Assembly: GCA_964016885.1 (NCBI GenBank)
Contig: OZ024741.1
Coordinates: forward strand, 86,862,001-86,926,000
From: Eledone cirrhosa
Lineage: Eukaryota
Length of the DNA stretch: 64,000 bases
Reading direction: 5' to 3'
The notes under the pieces are model-generated. The model did not search any database and was not told the DNA's origin. It was given only the letters and a program-made list of their open reading frames with translations. Position 1 is the stretch's first letter, and every line of letters starts with the position of its first letter. Shown here piece by piece: positions 26,422-39,518 of the stretch. The translations under genes were made by a program, and so were the position numbers.

Positions 26422-26752
26422 GTGTATGTGCATGGTAGCACCTGTAACATCATACATTAAAATATTACGTTCAATACAATGGATAATTCATATCGTGCTT
26501 TGTTTAGTATGACTGGAAATACAAGAAATACTGTAATTCATTATACCGAACACCCTACATAATTTTGATACACTAAGTCACTATTTAATGTATGGGTGTG
26601 TAGAATATATATACACAGATAAATGCTTGCACTTGTATTTCTAATAATATGTATATGAACTTTCTCACGTTTTTCATATTATTTTTCTTAAAAACTGTTG
26701 AAATATTCTCTCTTTGAAATATTGACATAAAAGGGCACATTTTTCGATAAAT

Positions 26753-26918
26753 AATTGTTTATACTTTTGGTACAAGGCCAGCAATCATCCCAGTGCATTA
26801 CTGGTGCTTTATTTTATCGGTTCCGGCGGGACTTGAACTCAGAACGTAAAGAGACGTTACTCTCTACTGCAAAGAATGTTGTCCGAAAGCTCTACCGATA
26901 CTGCCAAACCAGCACCCT
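26753..26918 (-). mobile_element. Meta-like SINE copy, degenerate
   Basis: Matches the family at 39745 and 43722. Confidence 0.75.
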
Positions 26919-27085
26919 TTTTCGATAAATGATGAAAGAACATTTCTGCAGCTCTTTTTTGTAAGATTACTTTTATTATATTTCTTTATATATATTTTAT
27001 TTGTCGTCCACACAAATTTCTGCAATTTTTTCAATAACCAAGAGCAACAGATATATTTTTATCTATAAGTTCAGTAATGTGCTTA

Positions 27086-27195
27086 TCTTCTTCTTCTTCT
27101 TCTTCTTCTTCTTCTTCTTCTTCTTCTTCTTCTTCTTCTTCTTCTTCTTCTTCTTCTTCTTCTTCTTCTCCTCCTCCTCCTCCTCCTCCTCCTCC
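27086..27195. repeat. (TTC)n/(TCC)n microsatellite
   Basis: Seen directly. Confidence 0.9.
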
Positions 27196-27389
27196 TTGCT
27201 TTCCTTTTCTCCTCCCCCACTTCCACCATTTCCACACCTTCTTGTTCTTCCCCTCCTCCCCTTTCTCAACATCTCTCCTTCCTCCTCTTCCTCTCTTGTC
27301 TTCCCATCCTCCCCTTCGTCAGCTTTCTCTCCTTGCTCTCATCCTTCGCTTCATCTCCTTCCTCCCCTATCTCCTTGCTCGGGGCCTAA

Positions 27390-30315
27390 CCCTGGGTCTC
27401 CTGCCGGTTGGTTTTGCCCTTAAAATCTGTCCAGAGATTCTTTCCTAAGATTTCTGATCACATGCCCATAATATCGGAGATATGATCTTTCAATTCGGAG
27501 AAATAGCGGCTTTACCTGGACTGGATCTTCGAGCTATGCACCTTATCGAGAACGTTACTCCAAAGACCCTTCAGAGGAACCCCATTTCGGCTGCTTGTAT
27601 TTGCGATCGTATTCTTTCGCTCATTACCCAAGATCCATGACCATAGAAAAGGGTTGGCACGAATAGCGAACTGAAGATAACGAGTTTGTCTTTTACACCT
27701 ACCTCCTTTCTTCTGATTACCGAATGCTGAAGCTGGCACAATACTGCACCAGCTTCTGCAATTCTTGACTTAATTCAACCTCCTGCTTTCCATCACTCGT
27801 GAATACGACTCAGAGATACTTGAACTTCTCTATCTGCTTCAGTAGTACTCCATTCACATGTAGAATGCACTGCGCAGGCTTCCTTCAGAGGACAAGTGTC
27901 TCAGTTTTCGCAGCACTGATTTTCATTCCAGCCATGCAATACTCTGTATCAAACCTATCAAGTGCAATTTGGAGATCATCTTCTGTCGAATTAAATAACA
28001 CCACGTCGTCTACAAATTCCAGCCGACTGATTCTACACCCACATTTCAATCCTGTTCATGAAAACAATGAACACGAGAGATGACAGTACACACCCCTGGC
28101 GGAGTTCGACTCCCAAATTGAATAGTTTGATTTATCCGAACACAAATACTCGGGCATTCGTATAGTGACATCAGGGCAACAAAAAACTGACCATCGATCC
28201 CATAATTCTGCTGAACCTTCCACAGCAGGTCCAGAGGAACGCGGTCATATGCTTTTTCGAGGTCTACAAAACAAGAATACACCTTTTGGCAATCCTCCCA
28301 CGATTCCTCGAATACCTGTCGCGGAGTGAATATTTGGTCAGCTGTGCTGCGTCCGGGGCGAAAACCACACTTTATCAGCTAGCTTGAACTCGACAATTTC
28401 CCTGCATCTCTTTGCCAGACACTTAGCATAGACTTTACCGGGGAGGCGTAACAAGGAGATCCCTCTGTAATTGGAACAATCTCTCTTGTCTCCTTTTTGA
28501 AAATTGCTTATGTGCCTTTCCAACGATCCAGGCCAACCGGTAGACACGAGTCAGCCAGAGAATACCTTCTCTATTTAAGGCTTTTAACATCTCGCGCCGG
28601 ATATTATCTTTCCAAACGGCCTTGCCACATTTGAACTCTTTAATTGCTCTTGTGACCTCAGCCTCTAAGAGGTTAGTAATCGTTCCCAGATGCACCAGAA
28701 GATGCTGTTGTGATCGGGTTTAGGAGATCAGTGAAGTATTCTTTCCACCTCGCGAGGATTCACCTTTCTGAAGAGAGGAGAACCCCAGACGCATTCGTGA
28801 TAGCAGGTGTGGATAAGGGCTTCTTATTATGAAGTCGGCGGATGGTCTGTCAGAACGCTTTATTTGCTGATCTGAAGTCGGATTCCAGCTTAGCCCCAAA
28901 GTCCTTCCATGTCTTAACTTAGGACGCCTTTACTGTCTCTGCTGCGATTCTTCGTCCTTGCCTGTACTGCAAGTGCAAGAAGGAGGACTTATTTCCAAGC
29001 CAAGCTTTGTAGGCCTCCTTCCTTACTTGGATGGCATATTTGACGTCTTGATTAAACCAAGGGGGTCCTCCTGCAATTCAGCACCACACCAAGCCTTTCG
29101 CCCGTTGTATTTAACACCTGAAGCAGAAACTGCTGAATTGAACAATCTCCACTCTGTTTCAACGCCCGCAGTTTGCTCAGGGAGTTCTCTGAATTTGGAT
29201 GCAATAGTACCTGCATACCTAGTCCTAACTTCATTATCCACCAACGCTTCCAACTTTATTCTGTAGGTCGATCTGGATCTGTCAGTTTTGTGGGCTTCCT
29301 TGGCTTTCGGTAGTCTCAAGCTGCAAATAACTATATGGTTATCAGTTGATAGCTCAGCCCCTCTCCTAACACGAACACCCAACACATAATCGCAAAGATC
29401 AGAGACAATGACAAAATTAATTATTGATTTCTGTCCCTGATTCCCTGTATACCAATTTATATTTATGGGTGTCTTTATGCTGGAAGGTGTTCATAATAGA
29501 TAGTCCATTGCTAGAACAGAAGACTAATAAGGTCTCACATTTCATATTTAGATCGGGTTCGGCGTTTCTTCCAATCACGTTTCTTTCTATCAGGCGGTCA
29601 ATTCCATATATGACTCATTTTAACTACATCTAACGCTGCAGTGACTTCGTCAAGGAAGGATATATATTCGGATTCCTTGTTTAGTGCACAAACTTGCATC
29701 ACCCCAAAAGACCTATCTTTCAGCCTAAGCTTCAAGAGGCAAATCCTCCTTCCTAATGGGATCCAGTCCATAACACATTCTTACAGCCGGGATCTTGTGA
29801 GTATCCCCACTCCCACCTGTGCAGTCATTTTTGGCACCACACCTGAATAGTGGGGTTTCCATCCTATATCGAAATCTAGAGTATCAGAGCTACGGAACTT
29901 TGTTGAGGAAACCCCGACTATATCTAGCCGGTAGCATCTAGCCTCCTCCACTGGTTCTTGCTCCTTACCTGAAAGGGCTGTGGTGTTCCAGGTTCCAATT
30001 ATCACGGTTTGCTCCCTTCTGAACCATCTTTTGCTTCTCTCGGGATACGCAATTGTGTATCCAGTCACAAATCTGGTACTTTCTCAAACCCACGTAGGCT
30101 CTTTTAGAGGCGGCCTTTACTCACCTCATCATAGCTATATCACTGGGCTGTTTTCTTGTGAGCTACAGGTGTCACCCATTGCTTTACCTCCCCAAATAGT
30201 TTACCACTGTCTGTCCGGGGTTTCTTATTCGTCCGGCAGCTGTCTGTTTATATCACAACTAACCATCATATTTGACGGCCGTATCGATATCCACCACCTG
30301 CGACCCGTTCTCTAA
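27390..30315 (-). mobile_element. RTE-clade LINE, near full length but decayed
   Basis: APE motifs IGTWNTTALSGKEQE...LDIVGVSST and VRRGAELSTDNH. RT motifs CSNYRGISLL and CFVDLEKAYDRVP. Many frameshifts. Confidence 0.88.
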
Positions 30316-30622
30316 CAGAACTGCTCTGGAGAAGTAATCATATGCTTAATTGCTACATTGAACAAGAAATTGAGATAAATGTGGTCGGTGCAGATGTATA
30401 GAAACCACGTAATAGGAGGACTGCAGCCTGATATACGCCGCCTCCGTACCAATAATTAGCATGGATTCGGTTATTGTTATGTACGGGTCTGTGCATTTGG
30501 ATAGTTCTGAAGGATATATATATGTATATATATATAAATGAAATGATTACAAAGGGGAATATATACTGTTAGAACATGTTTATATAAAAACACCTACATA
30601 CGTCTCGCCCGATACTTAAATA

Positions 30623-30708
<86 letters not shown>

Positions 30709-30847
30709 GTTATATAGTAAGGTGCATTATATTGGTTGTGTAAAATGGTCCAATAAATTTATGTTAGCAATATTAAGTTCTCCACGCTTTTGTATATCTC
30801 ACATTCCATTCAAGGGAACAGCTAGATGATGTAAAATGGAGTATAAG

Positions 30848-30997
30848 TATCAAAATGAAAATCCGAAGGCAAGGTAAAATTCCAATCATTTAATCACGAC
30901 ACATGTTTCAATAAGAGATAATCGATCTATCTCTTATTGAAACATGTGTCGTGATTAAATGATTGGAATTTTACCTTGCCTTCGGATTTTCATTTTG

Positions 30998-31000
<3 letters not shown>
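30848..31000. repeat. Perfect palindrome, 73-bp arms with a 7-nt loop
   Basis: 30848-30920 is the reverse complement of 30928-31000. Confidence 0.95.
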
Positions 31001-31028
<28 letters not shown>

Positions 31029-32018
31029 ACGAGAGAGAGTCAGAGAAAGAGAGAAACAGTCAAACTAGCATAGAACTTTTAAAACGATGCGGTATACAGT
31101 AAACAATTTATAATTTGATTCTTTTATCACAACATTCTTTGTGAAGACGCTTGACTCCATGGAAAGGACGTGTCGTTTGGAGTCAAATCAATTGTTGAGA
31201 TAAATAGTTTACGTCATGTACATATTCAGCAATTGTCTCATTGAAATATATTTGCCATTGGGTCTTTTTTCAAACAGATTACATTCTCCTTCTTTAGTTC
31301 CTTTTACTCCTCATGGAACACTGGGCGACAAGAGATCTCGATTCCATCCGGTTATAAGCCTATAGAAACGACGAGCAGATACCTGACCTGCGAGCAGTTT
31401 TGAAATAATGTTTCCGTAAATTCTGGAGAACATTTCAATCAATGTAGCATATGTGAATGAGACACAGCTACATAACTACAACTACACCATTACCGTATTG
31501 TTTATAACAATAATGTATTTTTTATATAATGTAGTATTTAAAATATTTTCAAATTGGTTAAAACATAACAACAAAGAAACCAGCACTTGTGTGCATATTA
31601 TCTGATACCAACGCCGTAATTAACATAACTATTCTGCAATAAATACATATTCGAACAAAAGAAATGCATTGGTTCTAGAATATTCTTCCATTTCCCGCTG
31701 AAATTCTTAGATCAAAATGAAGGTGGTGTGGAAATAGTCAGGATCAACTTAAAATCATATCTGTACAGTTTTCAGAGTGAAGCTTAGTTATTATCTCAAA
31801 TCTGTTTTCTTTCATATTGAAATTTAATGAAAATACTCAACCCACTTATATTATTTAATAGACTGGATGTATCAATCCAAGTGATACATCAGTTGATCTC
31901 AAGGGTTTCTACTGAATCTTACATTCAAATTCAATTAAAATTAGCCAAACCTTATTGGTTTAAACTTCTAAATTGGATGAATCAATAAATCTCTTTAGCA
32001 CGATATAAGGATCGTCTG

Positions 32019-32100
32019 TTTGTAATACTTGAGTTGTTAAGGCGTTGTACTTGAAATCCAATGGGATATTCCTGCGCAAGTTCGAATTCCCTTCACTCAT
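32019..32100 (+). pseudogene. tRNA-Ser(TGA) pseudogene
   Basis: GAGTTGTTAAGGCGTTGTACTTGAAATCCAATGGGATATTCCTGCGCAAGTTCGAATTCC aligns to the eukaryotic tRNA-Ser D arm, anticodon TGA, variable arm and T loop. The acceptor stem is decayed. Confidence 0.75.
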
Positions 32101-33189
32101 AATTTTTTCTGCAGTTATTTTAAAGAAAATTGATAAATTTGAATATTTTGATCATTCCATTTTTCGTCCTTTAATATGATTCGATTTAAAATATTTGATC
32201 TTTGCAAAGTCCATTTTATTCCACTGCCCGTAGGTTTGATGTCCACTTTTCATACCGATACATATGTAGTTCTGTATCTGTTATCATTGAATTATGTCTT
32301 AATGACTCTAGTTCATATATTCCACGTTTACAAAGAATATGATGAGTAATTCAATGGTTTCTTTTATTGTTTATGTCAATGTAGTTTTGCTAAATATCAT
32401 ATTTACTTTCTAAATGTTGATTTAAAAAGACAAAACGCTATGGGAGATTTACTGACCGGATTTATATACCAACATTTCAACAATCATGTTATTGTAGTTA
32501 AAATAACGTAACTTTTTTTGTAATAAATATTTATGGATAAAACCAAAGAGGTTGAACTTTAAAATTAGGCCTAAATATTTTTTCAGAGTGAATTTAGTGA
32601 TACATCAGTTGATCTTAAAATCCACAGCCATATCATATATCCAAATTCAATGAAAATTATTCACACCTCACCACTCGTTTGAACTCTTAAACGTATCATG
32701 AGATCGCTCAACTCAAATAATTTTCTATGACCTTAATACCAAATATAACGGCTTTTGGTTTGATGTTTTCTTTTATTCTTATTATAGATCTAGTCACCTG
32801 TACTCGGTGTAAATCATTGAAATATATATGTTATTGGGTTTTCTTTAAACATGTTTCTTTGGTTGATATGTTTATGATTTGGAGAATATTATTTAAGCTT
32901 CAATGTCATATTGTTATTGTATTTGACCATATTGGGTTTTAGTAAATATCGTATTTAAAACTCTTTCTAAATAATGAAATAAAAACAAACGTTCACGGAT
33001 ATAAAATGACAAACAGATGTGCGATATTTACGAAACACAAACTAACGTCTTAAACGCTATGGCATTGCAGCTGAAACAAAGTAATAAACAGCTATAGAAC
33101 CTATGCAGGAATATTCCGATTGATTTCACGTCCAACGGTCAACCATTCACAGATAAACGTTTATCTGACAGTTTCTGGCAATATTATGA

Positions 33190-33352
33190 AGGCGGACGCT
33201 ATGCTTTACAGCATAGAGTTACGGCCCTTTACGGTCTGAGTTCAAATCCCACCGAGTTTAACTTTGCCTTTCATCCTTATGGCGTCGATAAAATAAAGTA
33301 CCAGTAATGCACTGGAGTAATTGCTGGCCTTGTACCAAACGTAGAAACAATT
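33190..33352 (+). mobile_element. Meta-like SINE copy
   Basis: Matches the family consensus seen elsewhere in the window. Confidence 0.85.
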
Positions 33353-33972
33353 ATGAGGGTATTACTCACCTGTTACCCATGCCATAACCACTAGTTCTAT
33401 CATTCGTTCCAACTCGTAAACTGGATAAATCAATAAATATTTCTAGCAAAACCTTATTCCACAAAATATGAAATATAGAAATGTAGCAGTAAATTAAATA
33501 TATTTAACATAGTTGGTTATAATCAGGTATATTTTTTCAGTTTTGACATAAATTTCGGTATCCGCCATTGTTGAAAGCCGATTTGCTTTCTTCCTAATAT
33601 ATAAGTTCTAAAATTATTCCTGATATGTAACACCAGCCTCAGTAGTATTTACATTAAAAGGATTCACCAGGCAGTTACATATCTTCACGTGTAAAATGTC
33701 AAACCGTTTTTCCATATCTAATTTAAATTGGTTGGGCTAAACACAGAAACTTTCAATATTTTCAAGCTTTAATTGATGAAAATTCTTCAAAACTGATGAA
33801 ATTCCTTCTTCAGTATTATGCCGTAAAAGTGTAACATTTTCGATGAATAATGAAAGAACATTTTGTAAACTATAAATGTAATGGATCCTTGAAACTGCAA
33901 TTCAATTTGATAGAACTTCTTGAAAATGTCTATCAAATAATGCATGTTTTGGTTGTTGTCAAAAAGCAACCC

Positions 33973-34790
33973 TTCTTCTTCTTAATCCACTTATTCCTGG
34001 GAGGGATGTGGGGGAAGAGTCCTCAAGCACGGCCTTCAGCGTTGTCCTGTCAGAAGCAACTGCTTCCAATTGATCCAGTTGGATCCCCAAGCGAAACTAA
34101 CCGAGCTCATGGATGTTATCCAAACATATTGTTCGTGGTACACTCCTGGGTTTCCTGTCGTAAAATCTGTTCGGCGATTCTTTCCTGAGACATTCTAACC
34201 ACATATCTGTAGTATCGGAGCTATTATGTCTCAATTCGGAGAAGTAGTGGCTCTACCTGGAGCAACTCTCTGATCTCCGAGCTACGCACTGTATCGAGTA
34301 ACGCTACTCCAAAGACCCTTCAGGGGCGCCCCATTTCGACAGCTTATATTCTCGATCGTATTCTTTCGGTCATTATCCAAGAGTCATGAGCACTACTGCA
34401 CCAGCTTCTGCAATTCTTGCATTTCATTCAGCCTCCTGCTCTATAACACGCGTGAAAACGTTCTCGAGATTCATGAACCTCTCTACCTGCTTCAGCGGAA
34501 CTTCACTCACATGCAATGTGCACTGCGCAGGCTTCCTTAAGAGAAAGAGTATTTTAATCGTCGCAGTACTAATTTTCATTCTTTCCGTGCATCATCCGGC
34601 AGCAAACCTTCAAGTACATGTCAGAGATCACTTTCTGATGAGTTAAGTAGTACCATGTCGTCTGCAAATTCCAGCCGACTGATCCTACACCCACCCGACT
34701 GCGCATGTCAATTGTGTTCATGAAGATTATGAACAGGAGAGGTGACAGTATGCACTATTGGCAGTGTCCAACACTCACATTGAATGATCC
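33973..34790 (-). mobile_element. RTE LINE 3' fragment
   Basis: Homologous to 27400-28120 and 60383-61024, with a short (GAA)n tail. Confidence 0.8.
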
Positions 34791-35748
34791 GCCGGGTCTA
34801 TTATTTATAGTTATCAACTATTATTAAGGTAGGTTATCTGCATTGTGGCGACTATATTTAAAAAATTACAAGTCTCACAGTCAACCAAATTTTGTTTACA
34901 CTTCTAACCACACGTTTAAATGTACTACGAAAACAGTTTTTAGCGACCAGGGAAACTTTGGCGCAATGAAGAGATACGTCGATTCCCCGCATGCATCTCT
35001 ATCCATCTTGTTTCGTTTCCATTCAACTATGAACTACAGTTATCTGTTTTGTGGCGACAACACACACGCACACACACACACACATATATATAAATATATA
35101 CATATGCGATCGATCAGTCGAGAGAGCTTTATGTTAGGTTAGACTAAAGAATTCAAATAAAATATAAAAGTATTAATGATTAAAATCTTGTGATTAACAA
35201 AATATTTTCATTACAATTAACACTAACATGTAATCAAATATTTCCAACGGTAGACTTATTTTTTATCATAATTTAACACAAAATGGCATTTTGCCGACAT
35301 TTTTACGAAGACAATTTGAATGGACCTACCAAATAAAGATATTACAGGAACGAGTCCTAACCACTATCAATGAACCAATCACAGTAGCTTTCACAAATTG
35401 GCGGATTTGATAATATTATCAGTTGAAGCCAGTGAAGTATGAGCAAATATAAATATGGTTACTTCCGGAGCGAAGAAAGGCTTCTATAAAGAAAAATATT
35501 CGCCAAAGTTTGGTAAACGAAGATTGTTTTTTCTTTTTTACTTTTACAATATTATTATCGTATAAATATATTTTAACATAGAGCGAAATTTTCTTTTTTT
35601 CTTTTTAACATAGAGCTATTTTGTTTAATTATATGTATCGATGTATAGAGCTATTTCAATTAATACATATAAAATATATAAACATAACATGAACATTTTA
35701 TTAATTAGATGTCAAAAAATATGAGTAATGTAATAAATCCAGTTCTTA

Positions 35749-35852
35749 TTAAATCAAAGTGTTTCGAGACATCACCAAAGAGAAGAGAATGGATATGGAA
35801 GCCGCCAGAATTCTCCACTGGAATGTCCAAATATTCTGTGTCCCACTTGGTT
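35749..35852 (-). CDS. Cholinesterase-like gene, last coding exon (GPI-signal-like hydrophobic tail)
   Basis: A poly-T-cAG acceptor whose phase 1 matches the donor after 45308. Encodes (E)PSGTQNIWTFQWRILAASISILFSLVMSRNTLI*, with AATAAA about 50 nt downstream. Confidence 0.82.
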
Positions 35853-35930
35853 CTGAAAAAAAAAAACTTCATTATATATATATTATCCTGTATATCTGTA
35901 TATATATGACAATATATAATTGTGGTGTGT

Positions 35931-36006
<76 letters not shown>

Positions 36007-36043
36007 AGGGTGTTAAAGTTTGCTTGAAGCATTGTGAAATATG

Positions 36044-36578
36044 TAAAATATGTAGTTTAGAAAGCCACAACAATGCAGATGGGAAATCTCGAGGTAGGAA
36101 GTGAGTGAGAAATAGGAGAAAAGTGAAAATTGAGAGAAACGAAAAAGGAAAACAAAACAAAGGTAGAAGGGTTACCGTAGTGGAGATTTAATCCCAATAT
36201 TTCGGGCTCACGCCCATCAACGGGGGAAAGTTCCAAAAGGGGGGGAACAGGCTAAGCCGGAGAAAGTTGTATTGTCGTTAAAACATAGGAATGCCGTTAT
36301 GGGGAAAATTCAAACGAGGGAAAGAATGCGCGTGCGCGTGATAGGCTGTGGCAAAAGCTACTGACCAATTGGGTTAAATCAATAGGGTGCGCTAGCGTGT
36401 GAAAGCCGTAAAATATGTGTGTGTAAATATATATGTGTGTGTAACTGTGTGTGTATATGTGTATGTGTGTATGTATGTGAGTGTGCGTGTGTGAAAGATA
36501 GTGGGCCGTAGAAGCTGGAATTCAAAGGGTGTGAAAGGTGGTAGGTTGTATAAACATGTGTGCGTGTATAAATATAGA

Positions 36579-36614
<36 letters not shown>

Positions 36615-38271
36615 GGTATACATATAAGTGCGTGTGTGTGAAAGATAATAGGCCGTAGGGGCTGTTACTGGTCACTATGGTTAAATTAGCCATGTCAGCT
36701 CATTTCTCTCAGCGCCTTCTACTCCAGATACGTTGATGACATACTGATACTCACTTCTTCCCGGGAGATGGCGAATGAAATTCACCAAATCTTTAACGAC
36801 ACTGACCATCACGTCGATTTCACCATTGAACACCCTGAAGAAGACGGGTCACTCGCCCTCCTCGACTTCCGTATCAACATCTCGGAAGAAGGAGACATAA
36901 ACACCACCTTCTACCGCAAGGCAGCGTGCAAGGACTTATTTGTGCATTACAACTCAGCCCTCCCCAACAACGCTAAGAGAGGCTATGTCCTAAATGAACT
37001 TACACGGATCACTAATAGATGCAGCGACCCTATGGGTGGTCTCACCCATACCACGCAATTCCGTAATCTACTCAAGTCTAATGGATATCCCAAGCGACTG
37101 ATTAACAGAATTAGAGACCCCAGACCCAATAGACAGACACCCACTAGAAACTTAGATAAAAGCAGGTGCTTCTTTAAAATCCCCCACCTGAGTGATTATA
37201 CCACGAACGCCATCCGCAGGGCCATACGGAGCGAGGGACTTGACATACATTTGGTCCACACAGGACCTTCGCTCCGAAGATGCCTCTCCACCAAACCCGA
37301 CGAGTCAGATGGGACGTGTTCCCTCAGCAACTGCCCGATACGGGGGGCAGATTGCCTACGCACCTATGTCGTATATAAGATTCAATACGATAAATGTAAC
37401 AAGTTTTACATAGGTAGCACCATCCGACCCCTACATGTTCGTATCAAGGAACATGTCAACACCAACGCATCTTCCTTCCGTAAACACATCCTTAAATGCG
37501 GAAACCCACAGGGCAGACCCTTGGTCACAGTCCTAGCGACTGAACGCAGCATCGGATCCTTAAGGATAAAGGAAGCACTTGTTATTAAGAACCTCAGACA
37601 CCCACTTAACAACCGGGCTGAGAGAAATGAGCTGACATGGCTAATTTAACCATAGTGACCAGTAACAGCCCCTACGGCCTATTATCTTTCACACACACGC
37701 ACTTATATGTATACCCATACACATACACACACACACACACACACATCTATATTTATACACGCACACATGTTTATACAACCTACCACCTTTCACACCCTTT
37801 GAATTCCAGCTTCTACGGCCCACTATCTTTCACACACGCACACTCACATACATACACACATACACATATACACACACAGTTACACACACATATATATTTA
37901 CACACACATATTTTACGGCTTTCACACGCTAGCGCACCCTATTGATTTAACCCAATTGGTCAGTAGCTTTTGCCACAGCCTATCACGCGCACGCGCATTC
38001 TTTCCCTCGTTTGAATTTTCCCCATAACGGCATTCCTATGTTTTAACGACAATACAACTTTCTCCGGCTTAGCCTGTTCCCCCCTTTTGGAACTTTCCCC
38101 CGTTGATGGGCGTGAGCCCGAAATATTGGGATTAAATCTCCACTACGGTAACCCTTCTACCTTTGTTTTGTTTTCCTTTTTCGTTTCTCTCAATTTTCAC
38201 TTTTCTCCTATTTCTCACTCACTTCCTACCTCGAGATTTCTCATCTGCATTGTTTTGGCTTTCTAAACTAC

Positions 38272-38279
<8 letters not shown>
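36044..38279 (+). mobile_element. 5'-truncated Penelope-like element with about 665-bp inverted pLTRs
   Basis: 36044-36713 is the near-perfect reverse complement of 37617-38279, and the arms enclose an RT-GIY-YIG frame. Confidence 0.92.
36768..37649 (+). CDS. Penelope RT C-terminus + GIY-YIG endonuclease (truncated; frame opens upstream at FYSRYVDDIL)
   Basis: Motifs YVDD, FTIEH...LALLDFRI, FYRKA and YVVYKIQYDKCNKFYIGSTIRPLHVRIKEH. Confidence 0.85.
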   Translation: MANEIHQIFNDTDHHVDFTIEHPEEDGSLALLDFRINISEEGDINTTFYRKAACKDLFVHYNSALPNNAKRGYVLNELTRITNRCSDPMGGLTHTTQFRNLLKSNGYPKRLINRIRDPRPNRQTPTRNLDKSRCFFKIPHLSDYTTNAIRRAIRSEGLDIHLVHTGPSLRRCLSTKPDESDGTCSLSNCPIRGADCLRTYVVYKIQYDKCNKFYIGSTIRPLHVRIKEHVNTNASSFRKHILKCGNPQGRPLVTVLATERSIGSLRIKEALVIKNLRHPLNNRAERNELTWLI

Positions 38280-38341
<62 letters not shown>

Positions 38342-38366
38342 GAGAGAGAGAGAAAGAGAGATAAAG

Positions 38367-38397
<31 letters not shown>

Positions 38398-38944
38398 AAG
38401 AAATTCGTTTTCAAATATAAAAACTGCAAAGATGTAGGTGAAAAAGTTAGATCAGCTCAGAATACGATATTTATTACAATAAACTGTACACAAGGCTACA
38501 TAGAATAAAAAAAATGAATTCCTAATGTGCAAGTATATCTACACATAGAGCGAATTTTACATTAAATATATTACCAGTGTTTAGTAATATATCACACACA
38601 CACACACATACGCACACGCACACACACATACACACACACACACACATACACACACACATATATATCACTTAAATTAAATGGCAACTAAGCTTATGTATTC
38701 TTCGGTACTCAGAGTTTCACAACGCTGTCTGATTAATTCTAACACCATCAATCTTTGTGAAAATGCATTTGCTGATTTGCTATGTGTTTTAAGTGATATA
38801 AAATACGTCTATATTTACATATACTTTTGTAATTACAATTCACTCTAAGACAACGATATATTTGGTCTTGCAGTCCATATTCCTTTCTATTTTTCTTTTT
38901 CTCTCTTTTCTATTCATTTTGGCTAAGCACCATTACCATTCGTT

Positions 38945-39215
38945 TCCCGAAGATTACATAGGACAAACAAAATTTATTTTCAGAAACAGAATGACTATTC
39001 ATCGTCAACCAATAGGAGACCCCAGTACTAAACAATTCCACAGAGAGGGCATCAAGACTTATGTGCGACAAATAAGACGCCACCCCCAAGTTCCACCCAC
39101 TTTACTTTTTTTTAGACAAACCACTGATCAAAGACGGATAAATAAAACTATATCTTCTTATACATAAAACTATATTTATACAAAAATACAAACCACAACT
39201 CAATAAACTTCAACA
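38945..39215 (+). mobile_element. Degenerate Penelope GIY-YIG fragment
   Basis: EDYIGQTKFIFRNRMTIHRQ and, downstream, FIQKYKPQLN. Confidence 0.6.
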
Positions 39216-39518
39216 AGATACATTTACTAACAACTACTCCCTCACACATAAACACATACACAGACACATACAATCCTTATTCATTCTGACACTTGACATG
39301 TTGAAGTTACATAGCCGATAGCCTTAACTTTGGGCAGAATTATGGCTTTTTTTTACATGACACTAATGCACGGACGCAGTAGAGAACAAGGTTTTATACC
39401 TACATACAAATCTTGTTTATTCTGCCATTTGACATTGAATTTACAAAGCCTTGATTTTTAGAATGTCAATATCCACATTTTGACGCAATTACAATTATCA
39501 TTATTAATTTTCTGCGTA

